From a virus: a DNA stretch of 64,000 nucleotides. The position numbers and the translations under genes are program-made. This document shows positions 1 to 9,445 of this stretch, piece after piece (the first letter of the stretch is position 1; every line of letters starts with the position of its first letter). The notes beneath the pieces were generated by a model, which saw only the letters and a program-made list of their open reading frames with translations, ran no database searches and was not told the DNA's origin. The DNA is taken from IMG/VR virus record IMGVR_UViG_3300045988_067909. One strand, 5' to 3'.

Positions 1-2
1 CA

Positions 3-467
3 ATGTTCGTCAAAGTCGAGGACGAACCAAAAGAGAAAGAGTATATCGATCCACAAGATCGAAAATACACTTTATTTATTTACTTTATTGAGGGTTATGA
101 CCAAGAGAAGACATTTGAATTCATTACAGGTCAAGATGTAGTACGTGAGTATGTAATTGCAAACGTAGATATCATTGACTTTGAAGAATCTCTTATCTCT
201 AACTGGTCTATTAAACCTGAAGACCCAGTTAATGGGTTTAGATCATTGAAAGATTTCATCTTATACTTAGAAGATTTAGGTGATGAAGATGGAAACTATA
301 TTTACAATGATGGATTTAGATTAGGTGACTACTTGGATAGTCTACATGAGATCCAAAATATGAGTGAAACTGAACGACAAAACTATGAAAATGCTGTTCA
401 TTTATCACAACCTGGGTCTAGACTACTTCAAGCAGTTACATCTTTGAACGAAGGGGAAGAAATCTAA
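3..467 (+). CDS. hypothetical protein (acidic); may be 5'-truncated by the window edge
   Basis: Six-frame ORF of 154 aa starting at position 3. No motif recognised. The stop overlaps the start of the next ORF (ATG at 469). Confidence 0.4.
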   Translation: MFVKVEDEPKEKEYIDPQDRKYTLFIYFIEGYDQEKTFEFITGQDVVREYVIANVDIIDFEESLISNWSIKPEDPVNGFRSLKDFILYLEDLGDEDGNYIYNDGFRLGDYLDSLHEIQNMSETERQNYENAVHLSQPGSRLLQAVTSLNEGEEI

Positions 468-468
468 T

Positions 469-1251
469 ATGTATAATCCTAATATCGAGGTGGACCCAAA
501 ATATAATATCACTGCTAATAGTGAAGCTTATAAGATGGGTCAAGCAAGAGCTGAAGAGCATATAGCATTCTTCAGACAAAACAATCAACCTATAATGGTT
601 CCAAGTTTCCCAACTGAACCAACTAGTGAAGCGGAAATATATTTCCGTAGAGGCTATGAGGATAAGTTTAAGGAAGAAACTGGCTTAACTAAACAAATCA
701 TCACTGGTACTAAACCATTTGATGCTAGGTTAGCTAAGGGTAAGAAAGGTAAGAAGCGTAAGAACTGTATTGACCGTGAAATCAATAATAATAAACAGAA
801 TAAGAACTTCTTACTATACTATGGTGATAAAGCCATTAAAGAATACACAAGATTAGCTAAGCAAATCATTACTGATTTTACTCATGCTAATATTGATTGT
901 AATATGTACGTAGAAGTATTTACTAATGAACGCTTTATAGATTCTCTATTACAAGCAGCTCAGTTACAAGCATACTTCTATGGTAGAAACGTACAATATG
1001 CTGAAACATTTAAGCATGTATGTATGGAAAAGGGTGAAGAGTTCAATTACTATGATGATGGGTTCCTGAACTACTATAGAGCTTTAGCACGTATTAACCA
1101 ATTAGTATATACGGCTCTAGTACAATTCAGAGACTATCTCAAGCAAGGAGTGTTCCAACCAGAAATCTTGAATCAAGTCCAAGAAAAGATTTATCAAGAG
1201 CGGTTGGGGTTGCATGCAAGAGACCCTTACGAAAAAATGCGAACTCGATAA
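469..1251 (+). CDS. hypothetical protein
   Basis: 260-aa ORF translationally coupled to its neighbours. Lys-rich internal patch KGKKGKKRKN. No family recognised. Confidence 0.45.
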   Translation: MYNPNIEVDPKYNITANSEAYKMGQARAEEHIAFFRQNNQPIMVPSFPTEPTSEAEIYFRRGYEDKFKEETGLTKQIITGTKPFDARLAKGKKGKKRKNCIDREINNNKQNKNFLLYYGDKAIKEYTRLAKQIITDFTHANIDCNMYVEVFTNERFIDSLLQAAQLQAYFYGRNVQYAETFKHVCMEKGEEFNYYDDGFLNYYRALARINQLVYTALVQFRDYLKQGVFQPEILNQVQEKIYQERLGLHARDPYEKMRTR

Positions 1252-1597
1252 TGATTATACTCTATCTACTCATTTCTCTAAGAGAATGAAAGAAAGAGTC
1301 AATATCAAATCGAAGAAGAAACAGAAGACGTTTCTTAAAAGAGCATTTGAACGTGGTGTTACAATGGAGGAGACGAAAGGACATTCTCTATTGTATCACC
1401 ACCTAAAACGGGTTGTTAGGTACAACCCAGGCTGTAAAAGTGCCATCTATAACAGGTATATAATTGTCTCAACTAATGACAATATGGGCGTAACTGTCTT
1501 GACTCTGCCGGATTGGATTCAAGACATTGTCGATCAATTTGTAAAAACTCTTAAGAGAAAAGGAGAATATACTAGTTATGGAAAAAACTGCAGTTAA
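1214..1597 (+). CDS. hypothetical small basic protein
   Basis: 127-aa ORF overlapping the end of the previous gene in another frame. True start uncertain. Confidence 0.3.
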   Translation: MQETLTKKCELDNDYTLSTHFSKRMKERVNIKSKKKQKTFLKRAFERGVTMEETKGHSLLYHHLKRVVRYNPGCKSAIYNRYIIVSTNDNMGVTVLTLPDWIQDIVDQFVKTLKRKGEYTSYGKNCS

Positions 1598-3110
1598 ACT
1601 AGTAAGAGATAAGCGAAAAGCTGTCAATAGTAATCATGATACTCCTGTCAGTGGTATGCTTGTCTATGGTGATAATAATCACAAATATAACTTAGGCTTT
1701 GTCCCAACTATTTGGGATGACAATAATGAAGTGCTTATTGTAGCACATCAAAATTCAGATCCATCTACAGATACTTACCGTGAACCATTCCAGCTTACAG
1801 TAGTGCCTTATGAAATGATTCAATATCTTCATATCAATATGGATTTACAAAATGCTCGAGCTATTATGAAAGAGTTTGGTTTTGAAGATAAGATTATTAA
1901 TCTCTTCTTAAATGAACAAGCTCCTACAACTGATATGTATGCATTTGGTGCAGTACGTAAAGGTGAGCTCGATGAAATCTACAAACTCAGAGAGGAACAA
2001 GAACGCCAAGCAGAAGCTGCTCTTATGCGTTTACGTAACGAACAACGTTCTCGTGGTATTGGTGTTCCTACTTATGATTTGAAAAACAATCCAAAAGACG
2101 TTCCAATGGCTGGTCCTCAAACAGCACCTAGTGCTCCAGTAGAGGATACAACTAGTGATAACGTTCCTGTAGTTCAATACAGATTGGATGATCCTCTATA
2201 TGACCCTACAGCAGTACATAGTGTAACTCGTGATATTAACGATTCTTATCCATATCCTACACCACATGTACCTGACTTGAAATACTTAGGGGTTCATGTA
2301 GACGAAACTAATACTGGTACAATCTTACCTGTAGCACCAGCTCCTACTCCAGGACATGTTACTCCACCTGTGAGCCCAACACCTGGTCATGGAACTAGTG
2401 GTACAGCAACTCCTGTATCTCCTACTCCAAGTAGCGGTACAGGTTCTACAGCTACACCAGTAACACCTGGTAGCTCTTCTGGCACAGGTAGCACAGGTAC
2501 AACTCCTGTATCTCCAAGTCCAGCTACCCCTACACATGGTTCAGCAGTAACTCCTGCTACACCAAGCCCTACTACGGGTACAGGTTCTAGTACTACTAGC
2601 CCAGTAACTCCAAGTAGCGGTACTACCCATACACCTTCTCAAGGTGGTCAAAGTGGTAGTACAACACCTGTAGCCCCTGCTATTGGTACAACAGTTCCTG
2701 TTACACCTGGCACAGCTACACCATCTCCAACACCTGGAGCACCTACGACTACACCAATTATAGCTCCTCCAAGTGTTCCAGTAACACCACCAGCTACACC
2801 AGTTAATGGTTTAAGTGCTAATGGTGCTATTGACTTATTTACTAAGCTTAATAAAATTATCAGTGACAAGTTAGCAGGTCACCCTATTGCAGCTACTGCA
2901 TTTGATGCTATTACACCTGAATATACAACTACAGCAAGTGATCAAGTCTCCAAGCACGACTTTAATAGTGCACTGGCAGCTTTGAGCACTACACTTGCTA
3001 ATATTCATGGTGGTGTAGCACCATCTATCACAGTAACTGAAGATGCTAACCCTGTAGACCACACTATTGTGGATAACTTAATTGCTACCGTTAAAACAAT
3101 GGTATCTTAA
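1578..3110 (+). CDS. hypothetical protein with a long Pro/Thr/Ser/Gly-rich low-complexity linker
   Basis: 510-aa ORF with RBS-like aaaggagaatatactagttATG. Residues ~250-420 are TPVSPTPG/SGTGSTATPVTP-type low complexity. Opposite-strand ORFs 2325-2537 and 2648-2869 are artefacts of this repeat. Confidence 0.5.
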   Translation: MEKTAVKLVRDKRKAVNSNHDTPVSGMLVYGDNNHKYNLGFVPTIWDDNNEVLIVAHQNSDPSTDTYREPFQLTVVPYEMIQYLHINMDLQNARAIMKEFGFEDKIINLFLNEQAPTTDMYAFGAVRKGELDEIYKLREEQERQAEAALMRLRNEQRSRGIGVPTYDLKNNPKDVPMAGPQTAPSAPVEDTTSDNVPVVQYRLDDPLYDPTAVHSVTRDINDSYPYPTPHVPDLKYLGVHVDETNTGTILPVAPAPTPGHVTPPVSPTPGHGTSGTATPVSPTPSSGTGSTATPVTPGSSSGTGSTGTTPVSPSPATPTHGSAVTPATPSPTTGTGSSTTSPVTPSSGTTHTPSQGGQSGSTTPVAPAIGTTVPVTPGTATPSPTPGAPTTTPIIAPPSVPVTPPATPVNGLSANGAIDLFTKLNKIISDKLAGHPIAATAFDAITPEYTTTASDQVSKHDFNSALAALSTTLANIHGGVAPSITVTEDANPVDHTIVDNLIATVKTMVS

Positions 3111-3185
3111 TAACTATTATGAAATAATTTAGATTTGTAAATTTTAAAATCTATGAAACAAATCTATAATTATATACTATATCTG

Positions 3186-3210
3186 TGTATAGGGAAATTC
3201 CCTATACACG
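3186..3210. promoter_or_regulatory. perfect 10-bp inverted repeat GTGTATAGGG-aaatt-CCCTATACAC, operator-like
   Basis: Palindrome seen directly in sequence. It lies just downstream of an AT-rich tatatactatatct -10-like stretch and about 50 nt upstream of the 3262 start codon. Confidence 0.3.
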
Positions 3211-3261
3211 GTATGGTACTCATACTTTTATTCTATCTATTTGATTATAGGAGGAAACAAT

Positions 3262-4257
3262 ATGTATAATCAAAACACTGGATTTGCAAATCCAACATTC
3301 AACACTGCTCAAATGCCTGTAGGAAATTACGCACCTGTAACACCTACAGATCCAATGACTCAGGCAGACCGTGAGTTGTTGAAACCTCAACAAAAAGCTT
3401 CTTTCTCTTTGGAAATTCCACCAGAAAAAGAAGCATGGGCAAAATGTCCACACAAAGACCACACTGGCTTCTTAACTGTAGCTGATGGTAAAGGTTGGGT
3501 ACGTTGTACACAATGTGGTGAACGTATTCCTACAACACCTTACAGTGATGAAGAAGTTCAAAATGCAGTGCGCACAATGCGACACATTTGGCAACAAATC
3601 AAATTATTCAGCATTACATTGCCAGCTGAAATCAACACTGAATTTATGATGAGCTTACCAATTGCTGAAAAATCTCTTGATTTGTACCATTTAGCATTCA
3701 AGAACTTTGATGATGTATCTCGTGGTATGAGCCGTGCTCAAAATGTACAACCTCAACAAGCTGTACGTCCAGATGCATTCACATCTTTCGACAATATCTT
3801 GAATGGTAATGTACAACCAGCATATGCTAACCCATGGGGTGCACAAGCTAACCCTAACTTCTACAACATGGCCAATGGTGGATACTACAATGCACAAACT
3901 ATGAATGGTCAAATGCCTGTACAAACAATGCCTCAACAACAATGGCAACAACAAGCACAAGCACCATTCGGTTATAATGCACAACCACCAGTTCAAGGTA
4001 TGCCTAACCAAGGTCAAGGCCAAATGATGAACCAACAACAGCAACAACAAATGATGGGCGGTCAAGCATTTAACCCACAAGCACAAATGCAACAACCACC
4101 TGTATCTCCAGTGCAACAATTACAAAACCAACAAGCAATGGTAGCGAATGCTAACCCATTCAATGCTAATGCTTCCGTAGGTGCAACTGTTCCTGGTCCA
4201 GCTGTAGCAGCTCCACAAAAGGAAACTATTACAACTGACACAATCAGCTTAGGCTAA
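3262..4257 (+). CDS. zinc-ribbon protein with Q/N/M-rich prion-like C-terminal domain
   Basis: RBS ataggaggaaacaatATG at 3262 (the ORF track starts at an upstream TTG). CxxC-type ribbon CPHKDH...CTQCGERIP. C-terminal ~150 aa dominated by Q, N, M, P (QQQWQQQAQ, MMNQQQQQQMMGGQ). Confidence 0.5.
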   Translation: MYNQNTGFANPTFNTAQMPVGNYAPVTPTDPMTQADRELLKPQQKASFSLEIPPEKEAWAKCPHKDHTGFLTVADGKGWVRCTQCGERIPTTPYSDEEVQNAVRTMRHIWQQIKLFSITLPAEINTEFMMSLPIAEKSLDLYHLAFKNFDDVSRGMSRAQNVQPQQAVRPDAFTSFDNILNGNVQPAYANPWGAQANPNFYNMANGGYYNAQTMNGQMPVQTMPQQQWQQQAQAPFGYNAQPPVQGMPNQGQGQMMNQQQQQQMMGGQAFNPQAQMQQPPVSPVQQLQNQQAMVANANPFNANASVGATVPGPAVAAPQKETITTDTISLG

Positions 4258-4273
4258 TTATAAATAAAGACAA

Positions 4274-4315
4274 CCCCATAGGAGTACATCTCCTATGGGG
4301 AATCTTTTATTTTTA
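4274..4315 (+). terminator. rho-independent terminator
   Basis: Hairpin ccccataggagtacatctcctatgggg followed by a T-run. Confidence 0.5.
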
Positions 4316-4329
4316 CTGAGGTGATAAAA

Positions 4330-5061
4330 ATGGCTAATGATTGTTATCAAAACGTAGCATTCTATTCTCCTGTAAGAGAGGAGATAGAGATACTTAGAGA
4401 TAAATTGATATCTCTATATAATGATAAGAAAATCTGGCTACCATATGTTCTTAAAGACTTAGGACTATGGGAAACAGAAGAAGACTTTGCTAAATTATCT
4501 GATGACTGTGAAGATGGGACTACATTACGTGGTGAAATGGTATGGCCACCAGATGATAATGAAATTTGGTCTACTACTTTACCTGATGGTACTCTTGTAT
4601 GGTATTTCCAAACAGAGTATTGCAATAAGTGGACATATATTACTACAGGGTTTAATATTCTGATAGATAAGATAGTCCCTAATAGTAGTATTAAGTTTGT
4701 CTACTATGCAGAAGAACCTGGCTTTGCTATATATGATACTAATGACAAAGATCATATTATCTTTGATGATACAGTGAATGTAGATTTAGGCTGGAGTAAA
4801 AAAGAAGAAGGTAAAGATAAACCAGAATACTTTAGCATGTGCGATAATATGTATTATCCACAGACTTATAAGGACGTACCTAAGTATTTGAATGACGTCC
4901 TTAGAGACGAATTCAAGATTACAAACGTTAAACCATTTGTGCCATCAATGTTTTGTAAACCTGGTGAATCCATAGAAACAAGCTTTATGGAATATATTGA
5001 AGAAGAGCTTGGGGGTACCATTGAATGGTGCAATATACAGCCTTTCAATTATGTAGACTGA
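4330..5061 (+). CDS. hypothetical protein
   Basis: RBS gaggtgataaaaATG at 4330. About 244 aa. Followed by hairpin aaagccccagcaatggggcttt at 5067-5090. Confidence 0.5.
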   Translation: MANDCYQNVAFYSPVREEIEILRDKLISLYNDKKIWLPYVLKDLGLWETEEDFAKLSDDCEDGTTLRGEMVWPPDDNEIWSTTLPDGTLVWYFQTEYCNKWTYITTGFNILIDKIVPNSSIKFVYYAEEPGFAIYDTNDKDHIIFDDTVNVDLGWSKKEEGKDKPEYFSMCDNMYYPQTYKDVPKYLNDVLRDEFKITNVKPFVPSMFCKPGESIETSFMEYIEEELGGTIEWCNIQPFNYVD

Positions 5062-5140
5062 CTCAGAAAGCCCCAGCAATGGGGCTTTTACAATATGTAT
5101 TTTTTAAACAAAGATTAACAGTTAAGTGAGAGGTGATAAA

Positions 5141-7525
5141 ATGGCCAAAATAACAAAAGAGATGCAAGATAATATTGCCAATTATGGTGATGACTTTTTA
5201 ACTCTTACTCCAACTGAAGGCGTACGACAGAATATTGGTACTTACCTAGGTTACTCTGGTAATCGAGGATTTATTAATATGATTAGGGAAATCTTTCAGA
5301 ACTCAGCCGATGAGTTGATGAAGAAAGATTCTCCATGTGATGAAATTTGGGTATACTATGATGAGAGAAATCACGAAGTTACCATACAAGATAACGGTCG
5401 TGGTATTCCATTTGACATTATGGTTACTGCATTTACTAGTCAGAATACGTCAACCAACTATGAAAAGAAACCAGGTGCTTTCTCATCTGGCCGACATGGT
5501 TTAGGTTCTAAAGCTACGAGTGCATGTAGTGAGCATTTTGTAGTTAAATCTTATCGTCTAGGTAAAGGACAAGAGATGTCTTTATACTTAGGTGACCCTG
5601 AAACTGCCAAGGTTAAGTCTATCCCTAATAAGGATAACTACCAAGGTACAATCATTACATTTAACCCTATTCATACTATGCCAACTAAGAAACAAGGTTA
5701 CACTGGTTATCAAGCTGGTAAAGTTATTATGGGTGAAATCACTACAACTTGGCAAGATGTATTAGACTTATTAGAAAGTCTAATACCTTTATTAGATATT
5801 GGTGCTAAAGTAAACTACTTTGGTACTGATGTTAATGGTAAATGCCATAAAGTACGTATTGTGAACGATAAAGGTATTGCTGGTATACTAGACTCCTTAG
5901 CAACTAAACCTATGATTGCTCCAATACATATCTCCAAGCTTAAAGAAGATGGACAGATGAAAGCTGATATCTTATTTACTTTTGATAGTACAAAAGCAGA
6001 TGATATCTTTGCTGGTTATGCAAACTTCTGTCCTACACCTAGCGGAACTCATATTAAGGGTTTCGTTGAAGGGCTTACCAAATTCTTTAGAGACTATATG
6101 AATAAATACTTCCTAGGGAAGAATTCAAAACTAAAGATTACAAATGCTGATATTCTCAGTGGACTATGCTGTGTAAATTCTGTATATCACTTGTATCCAG
6201 AATTTACAGGACAAGCAAAGGAAATCATTTCTAATGAAGACCTAGTCCCTTTTGTTAAAGATATCACGATAGAAGGTTTAGACCAATGGGCTAAGACCTC
6301 TTCGTCGGATCTACAAAAACTTTGTAAATACTTTAAAGAAGTAGCAGAACTTCGTACGAAAAATGAAGCAGGACGTGTCCGCATTCAAGTTAAGAATGCT
6401 TCAGCTATTACTGGTCTTCCAGCTAAGTTTGTAAGACCTAAAGGTAAGAAGCATAACGAACTATTCATCGTGGAAGGCGACTCTGCTGCTGGTAATGCTC
6501 GTAATAGACGTGACAATGATTCCCAAGGCATCTTCCCTATTCGTGGTAAAATCATTAGTGCTTTGGCTAAGAAAAAAGAAGATGTACTTAAGAATGAAGA
6601 AGTTGCATCTATCATTTCTATTATTGGTGCAGGTTATGGTAAAAACTTTGATATTAGTAAGTGTAATTGGGAACGTATAGTAATCTGTACAGATGCTGAC
6701 CCTGATGGTGCACATATCCGTACATTGTTATTATCGTTCTTCTTATTATACATGGAACCATTAGTATTAGATGGTCGTGTATATGCATCTGTACCACCTT
6801 TATATGGCGGTAAGATTGATGGTAGGAACTTTAAGTACTTCACTGACCGTACAGAGTACAATGCATACTTACAGAAACAATTTTCAAAGAACCATAAAGT
6901 AACCTTACCTGGTAAGGTGAACTTTACCAATAATCAATTAATCAAGCTATTGAATTCTACAGAGTTCTATATTGAACGTTTAGAGTCTGCAGCGAATTCG
7001 TTCGCCATCAATCCGTATTTATTGGAAGAAATTTTGTTATATGTGGGTAAAGGACTATCATTCAGTCAATTCAAATCTAAGATTACAAAGAATCATAAGT
7101 ATTTGGAATGTAAGAATGATAAAGGCAACTGGACTATTACTGGTCTTTATGAAGATAACAAGTACCAAACTATATACATCAATGACCGCTTATTAAGCTT
7201 CTTTGAAACAATGCATTATAAATTGGTAACTGATATCATTAGTTCTCAACCTAGCCATTATGTAGTCGATGGAGAGACTATGTCCTTATATGGCTTATTG
7301 AATAAGTTTAAAGAACTAGCACCAAAGAACATCACTCGATTCAAAGGTCTAGGGGAAATGAACGAAGACCAATTATATGATACAGTAATCGGTAAAGATA
7401 AAGAAAGGGTTCTCGAACAATATACAGTGGAAGATATCAAATATGAAATTGCTAAGATTCGTGAAATCGATTCTAGTAAGATGGACCTAATTGCAGGGTT
7501 AGATATCTCCAATTACATTTTCTAG
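5141..7525 (+). CDS. type II DNA topoisomerase, ATPase/Toprim subunit (GyrB/ParE/T4 gp39-like)
   Basis: RBS gagaggtgataaaATG at 5141. GHKL ATPase motif EIFQNSADE...VTIQDNGRGIPF. Toprim motif ELFIVEGDSAAG. ICTDADPDGAHIRTLLLSFF matches the GyrB [20 protein letters not shown] block. Confidence 0.85.
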   Translation: MAKITKEMQDNIANYGDDFLTLTPTEGVRQNIGTYLGYSGNRGFINMIREIFQNSADELMKKDSPCDEIWVYYDERNHEVTIQDNGRGIPFDIMVTAFTSQNTSTNYEKKPGAFSSGRHGLGSKATSACSEHFVVKSYRLGKGQEMSLYLGDPETAKVKSIPNKDNYQGTIITFNPIHTMPTKKQGYTGYQAGKVIMGEITTTWQDVLDLLESLIPLLDIGAKVNYFGTDVNGKCHKVRIVNDKGIAGILDSLATKPMIAPIHISKLKEDGQMKADILFTFDSTKADDIFAGYANFCPTPSGTHIKGFVEGLTKFFRDYMNKYFLGKNSKLKITNADILSGLCCVNSVYHLYPEFTGQAKEIISNEDLVPFVKDITIEGLDQWAKTSSSDLQKLCKYFKEVAELRTKNEAGRVRIQVKNASAITGLPAKFVRPKGKKHNELFIVEGDSAAGNARNRRDNDSQGIFPIRGKIISALAKKKEDVLKNEEVASIISIIGAGYGKNFDISKCNWERIVICTDADPDGAHIRTLLLSFFLLYMEPLVLDGRVYASVPPLYGGKIDGRNFKYFTDRTEYNAYLQKQFSKNHKVTLPGKVNFTNNQLIKLLNSTEFYIERLESAANSFAINPYLLEEILLYVGKGLSFSQFKSKITKNHKYLECKNDKGNWTITGLYEDNKYQTIYINDRLLSFFETMHYKLVTDIISSQPSHYVVDGETMSLYGLLNKFKELAPKNITRFKGLGEMNEDQLYDTVIGKDKERVLEQYTVEDIKYEIAKIREIDSSKMDLIAGLDISNYIF

Positions 7526-7537
7526 GAGAGAACTGCC

Positions 7538-8473
7538 ATGATCATATATTATGCAGATACACAGGATGGGCGGTTAGCTGCCCATCTAATACTTCAGAAC
7601 CCGGAGAAAGTTCTGATTGATGAAGAAAAAAGATTAGACCCTGAATATTGTCTATTAAATGACATTAATGATTCTAAGGATATTAAGCTTCTACCATATA
7701 TATTTAAACCTAATGCTACTGTATTAGATAGAGTCAATGAAGACGAAGCTATTATATGTGTCGGTATTGGGTTTAATATAAATAATGCGGTATCTTTACA
7801 CAGATTCAATGCAGTGGTGAATAAAGCTAGACGAGTGGTATTTATAGATTACTTACCAAAGTCTAAGCTTTTAATAGAGAAGTATAAAGATAACGATAAG
7901 ATAGACTTTCATTACTACGAGTACGAGTGTCTATCTAGTATTGTCTGGTATATCATTATGGGTAAGAATGAAAGCATTCCGCTTATCAATGGTATTAACC
8001 AATACACCCATAAGCCTATTCCTGATATTAAGGCTATCTATCAAAAGATGTATATAGCGACTTTATTTAGTGATCCTCAAGACGTTGTATGGGATAATCT
8101 CATGAACGAAACAGAAGAGGAAGCTAAGTATCGATATAAGACTATTGCATATGCATATGATTATATGAAACAACGATTACAGATTGATATTGACCGTGGA
8201 GTATACTATTCTTATATTGGAGATCTTAAAGTAAGATGTATGAGCGTTCAAGATGCTGAATATATTCCATCGGTCTTATATCATAAATCTTTAGTAACCA
8301 TAAACTGGATATATGATGGTGATAGCTATCTATATAAAGTTTATGCTGATTTTGATGATTTTAATTGTGCGGAATTTGCAGCTAAGTTTAACGGTACTGG
8401 AACGAAACACTATGGTGTGTTCAGATCGGATGACTTATTGCTATATCCACATAATAGATCTCGGAGGAACTGA
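7538..8473 (+). CDS. hypothetical protein
   Basis: 311-aa ORF with RBS ggagagaactgccATG. No family recognised. Confidence 0.45.
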   Translation: MIIYYADTQDGRLAAHLILQNPEKVLIDEEKRLDPEYCLLNDINDSKDIKLLPYIFKPNATVLDRVNEDEAIICVGIGFNINNAVSLHRFNAVVNKARRVVFIDYLPKSKLLIEKYKDNDKIDFHYYEYECLSSIVWYIIMGKNESIPLINGINQYTHKPIPDIKAIYQKMYIATLFSDPQDVVWDNLMNETEEEAKYRYKTIAYAYDYMKQRLQIDIDRGVYYSYIGDLKVRCMSVQDAEYIPSVLYHKSLVTINWIYDGDSYLYKVYADFDDFNCAEFAAKFNGTGTKHYGVFRSDDLLLYPHNRSRRN

Positions 8474-8916
8474 TGGCGAGAAAATTCCACTTAGTGTCCA
8501 CAGCACCTGAGGGCACATTACTACCAAAACGTTCAACTAAGCATTCTGCTGGTTATGACTTCTTCTCTCCTATAGATGCAGAAATCATGCCAGGTGCAAC
8601 TCTTAATATCCGTACAGATATTAAAGTTGAAATGAATGAAGATGAAGTACTATTCATTGCTCCACGTAGCAGTTATGGATACAAATATCAAATGGCGTTA
8701 ACAAATACTTTAGGTATCATCGATGCAGATTTCTATAACAATGAGACCAATGAAGGTAATATCAGTATCAAAATTAAAAACAATGGTACTGAACCTATGT
8801 ATTTGGTCAAAGATGAAGCATTCGCTCAAGGTATCTTTGTTAAGTATTTGACTACAGATGATGATGATGTAACTGAAGTACGTACTGGTGGTATTGGTAG
8901 CACTACTAAGAATTAA
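8473..8916 (+). CDS. dut: dUTP diphosphatase (dUTPase)
   Basis: dUTPase motifs are present: SAGYDFFSP (motif I/II), IAPRSSYGYKY (motif III), C-terminal RTGGIGSTTKN (motif V). Start overlaps the previous stop (ATGA). Confidence 0.85.
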   Translation: MARKFHLVSTAPEGTLLPKRSTKHSAGYDFFSPIDAEIMPGATLNIRTDIKVEMNEDEVLFIAPRSSYGYKYQMALTNTLGIIDADFYNNETNEGNISIKIKNNGTEPMYLVKDEAFAQGIFVKYLTTDDDDVTEVRTGGIGSTTKN

Positions 8917-8932
8917 TTGAAAGGTAAAGACA

Positions 8933-9322
8933 ATGAGAAACAATATTAAACCTAACAAACCTGCAACTAAATTATTTGAACTTACTCTTCCTGTAACTTA
9001 CAGTGGTAAACTATCTAATGAAGTAACTGATTGGTTAGTTAATACTTTAGAAACAGGTGAAATCTTCGATATGGTCGAAGTAAATGTATTTGGTAAACGT
9101 AACGTATTTACTCAAAACAAGGAAGCTCTTGGTTCTGTAATCGTTGGTTCTGTAAAAGAATCTGGTTTCAAAGATAATATGCTAAGTATTACTATTCTAA
9201 CTGGTGAACGTAACTATGAAATCATTAAGAATATGAAACAAGCCGATGCGTTTGTATTCGTACGTCCTAATAACAAAGGTTGTTACAAAATCACTAAGAT
9301 TAATATTAACGAAATCCAATAG
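8933..9322 (+). CDS. hypothetical protein
   Basis: 129-aa ORF with RBS aaaggtaaagacaATG. Followed by terminator hairpin agccactatggtaaattacaaccatagtggct (9330-9362). Confidence 0.4.
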   Translation: MRNNIKPNKPATKLFELTLPVTYSGKLSNEVTDWLVNTLETGEIFDMVEVNVFGKRNVFTQNKEALGSVIVGSVKESGFKDNMLSITILTGERNYEIIKNMKQADAFVFVRPNNKGCYKITKININEIQ

Positions 9323-9445
9323 TCTATATAAGCCACTATGGTAAATTACAACCATAGTGGCTTCCTATTCATATCCCAATATGTCAAACTGGGAAACTAA
9401 AAATTTACCAAACGAAAAACATACATATAGACTGGAGGGATATAC

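Noticed and set aside
2325-3062. Minus-strand ORFs (2325-2537, 2648-2869, 2871-3062) inside the 1578-3110 gene
   Set aside because: They are Cys/Arg/Trp-rich or Gly/Val-rich translations of the opposite strand of a Pro/Thr-rich low-complexity coding repeat. They have no RBS. These are frame artefacts.
6187-7512. Several 60-100-aa ORFs on the minus strand inside the topoisomerase genes (6187-6384, 6385-6615, 6461-6715, 6634-6930, 7258-7512, 9796-10050, 10810-11190)
   Set aside because: They are embedded antisense in well-supported long genes, lack RBSs, and have low-complexity composition. Treated as non-coding.
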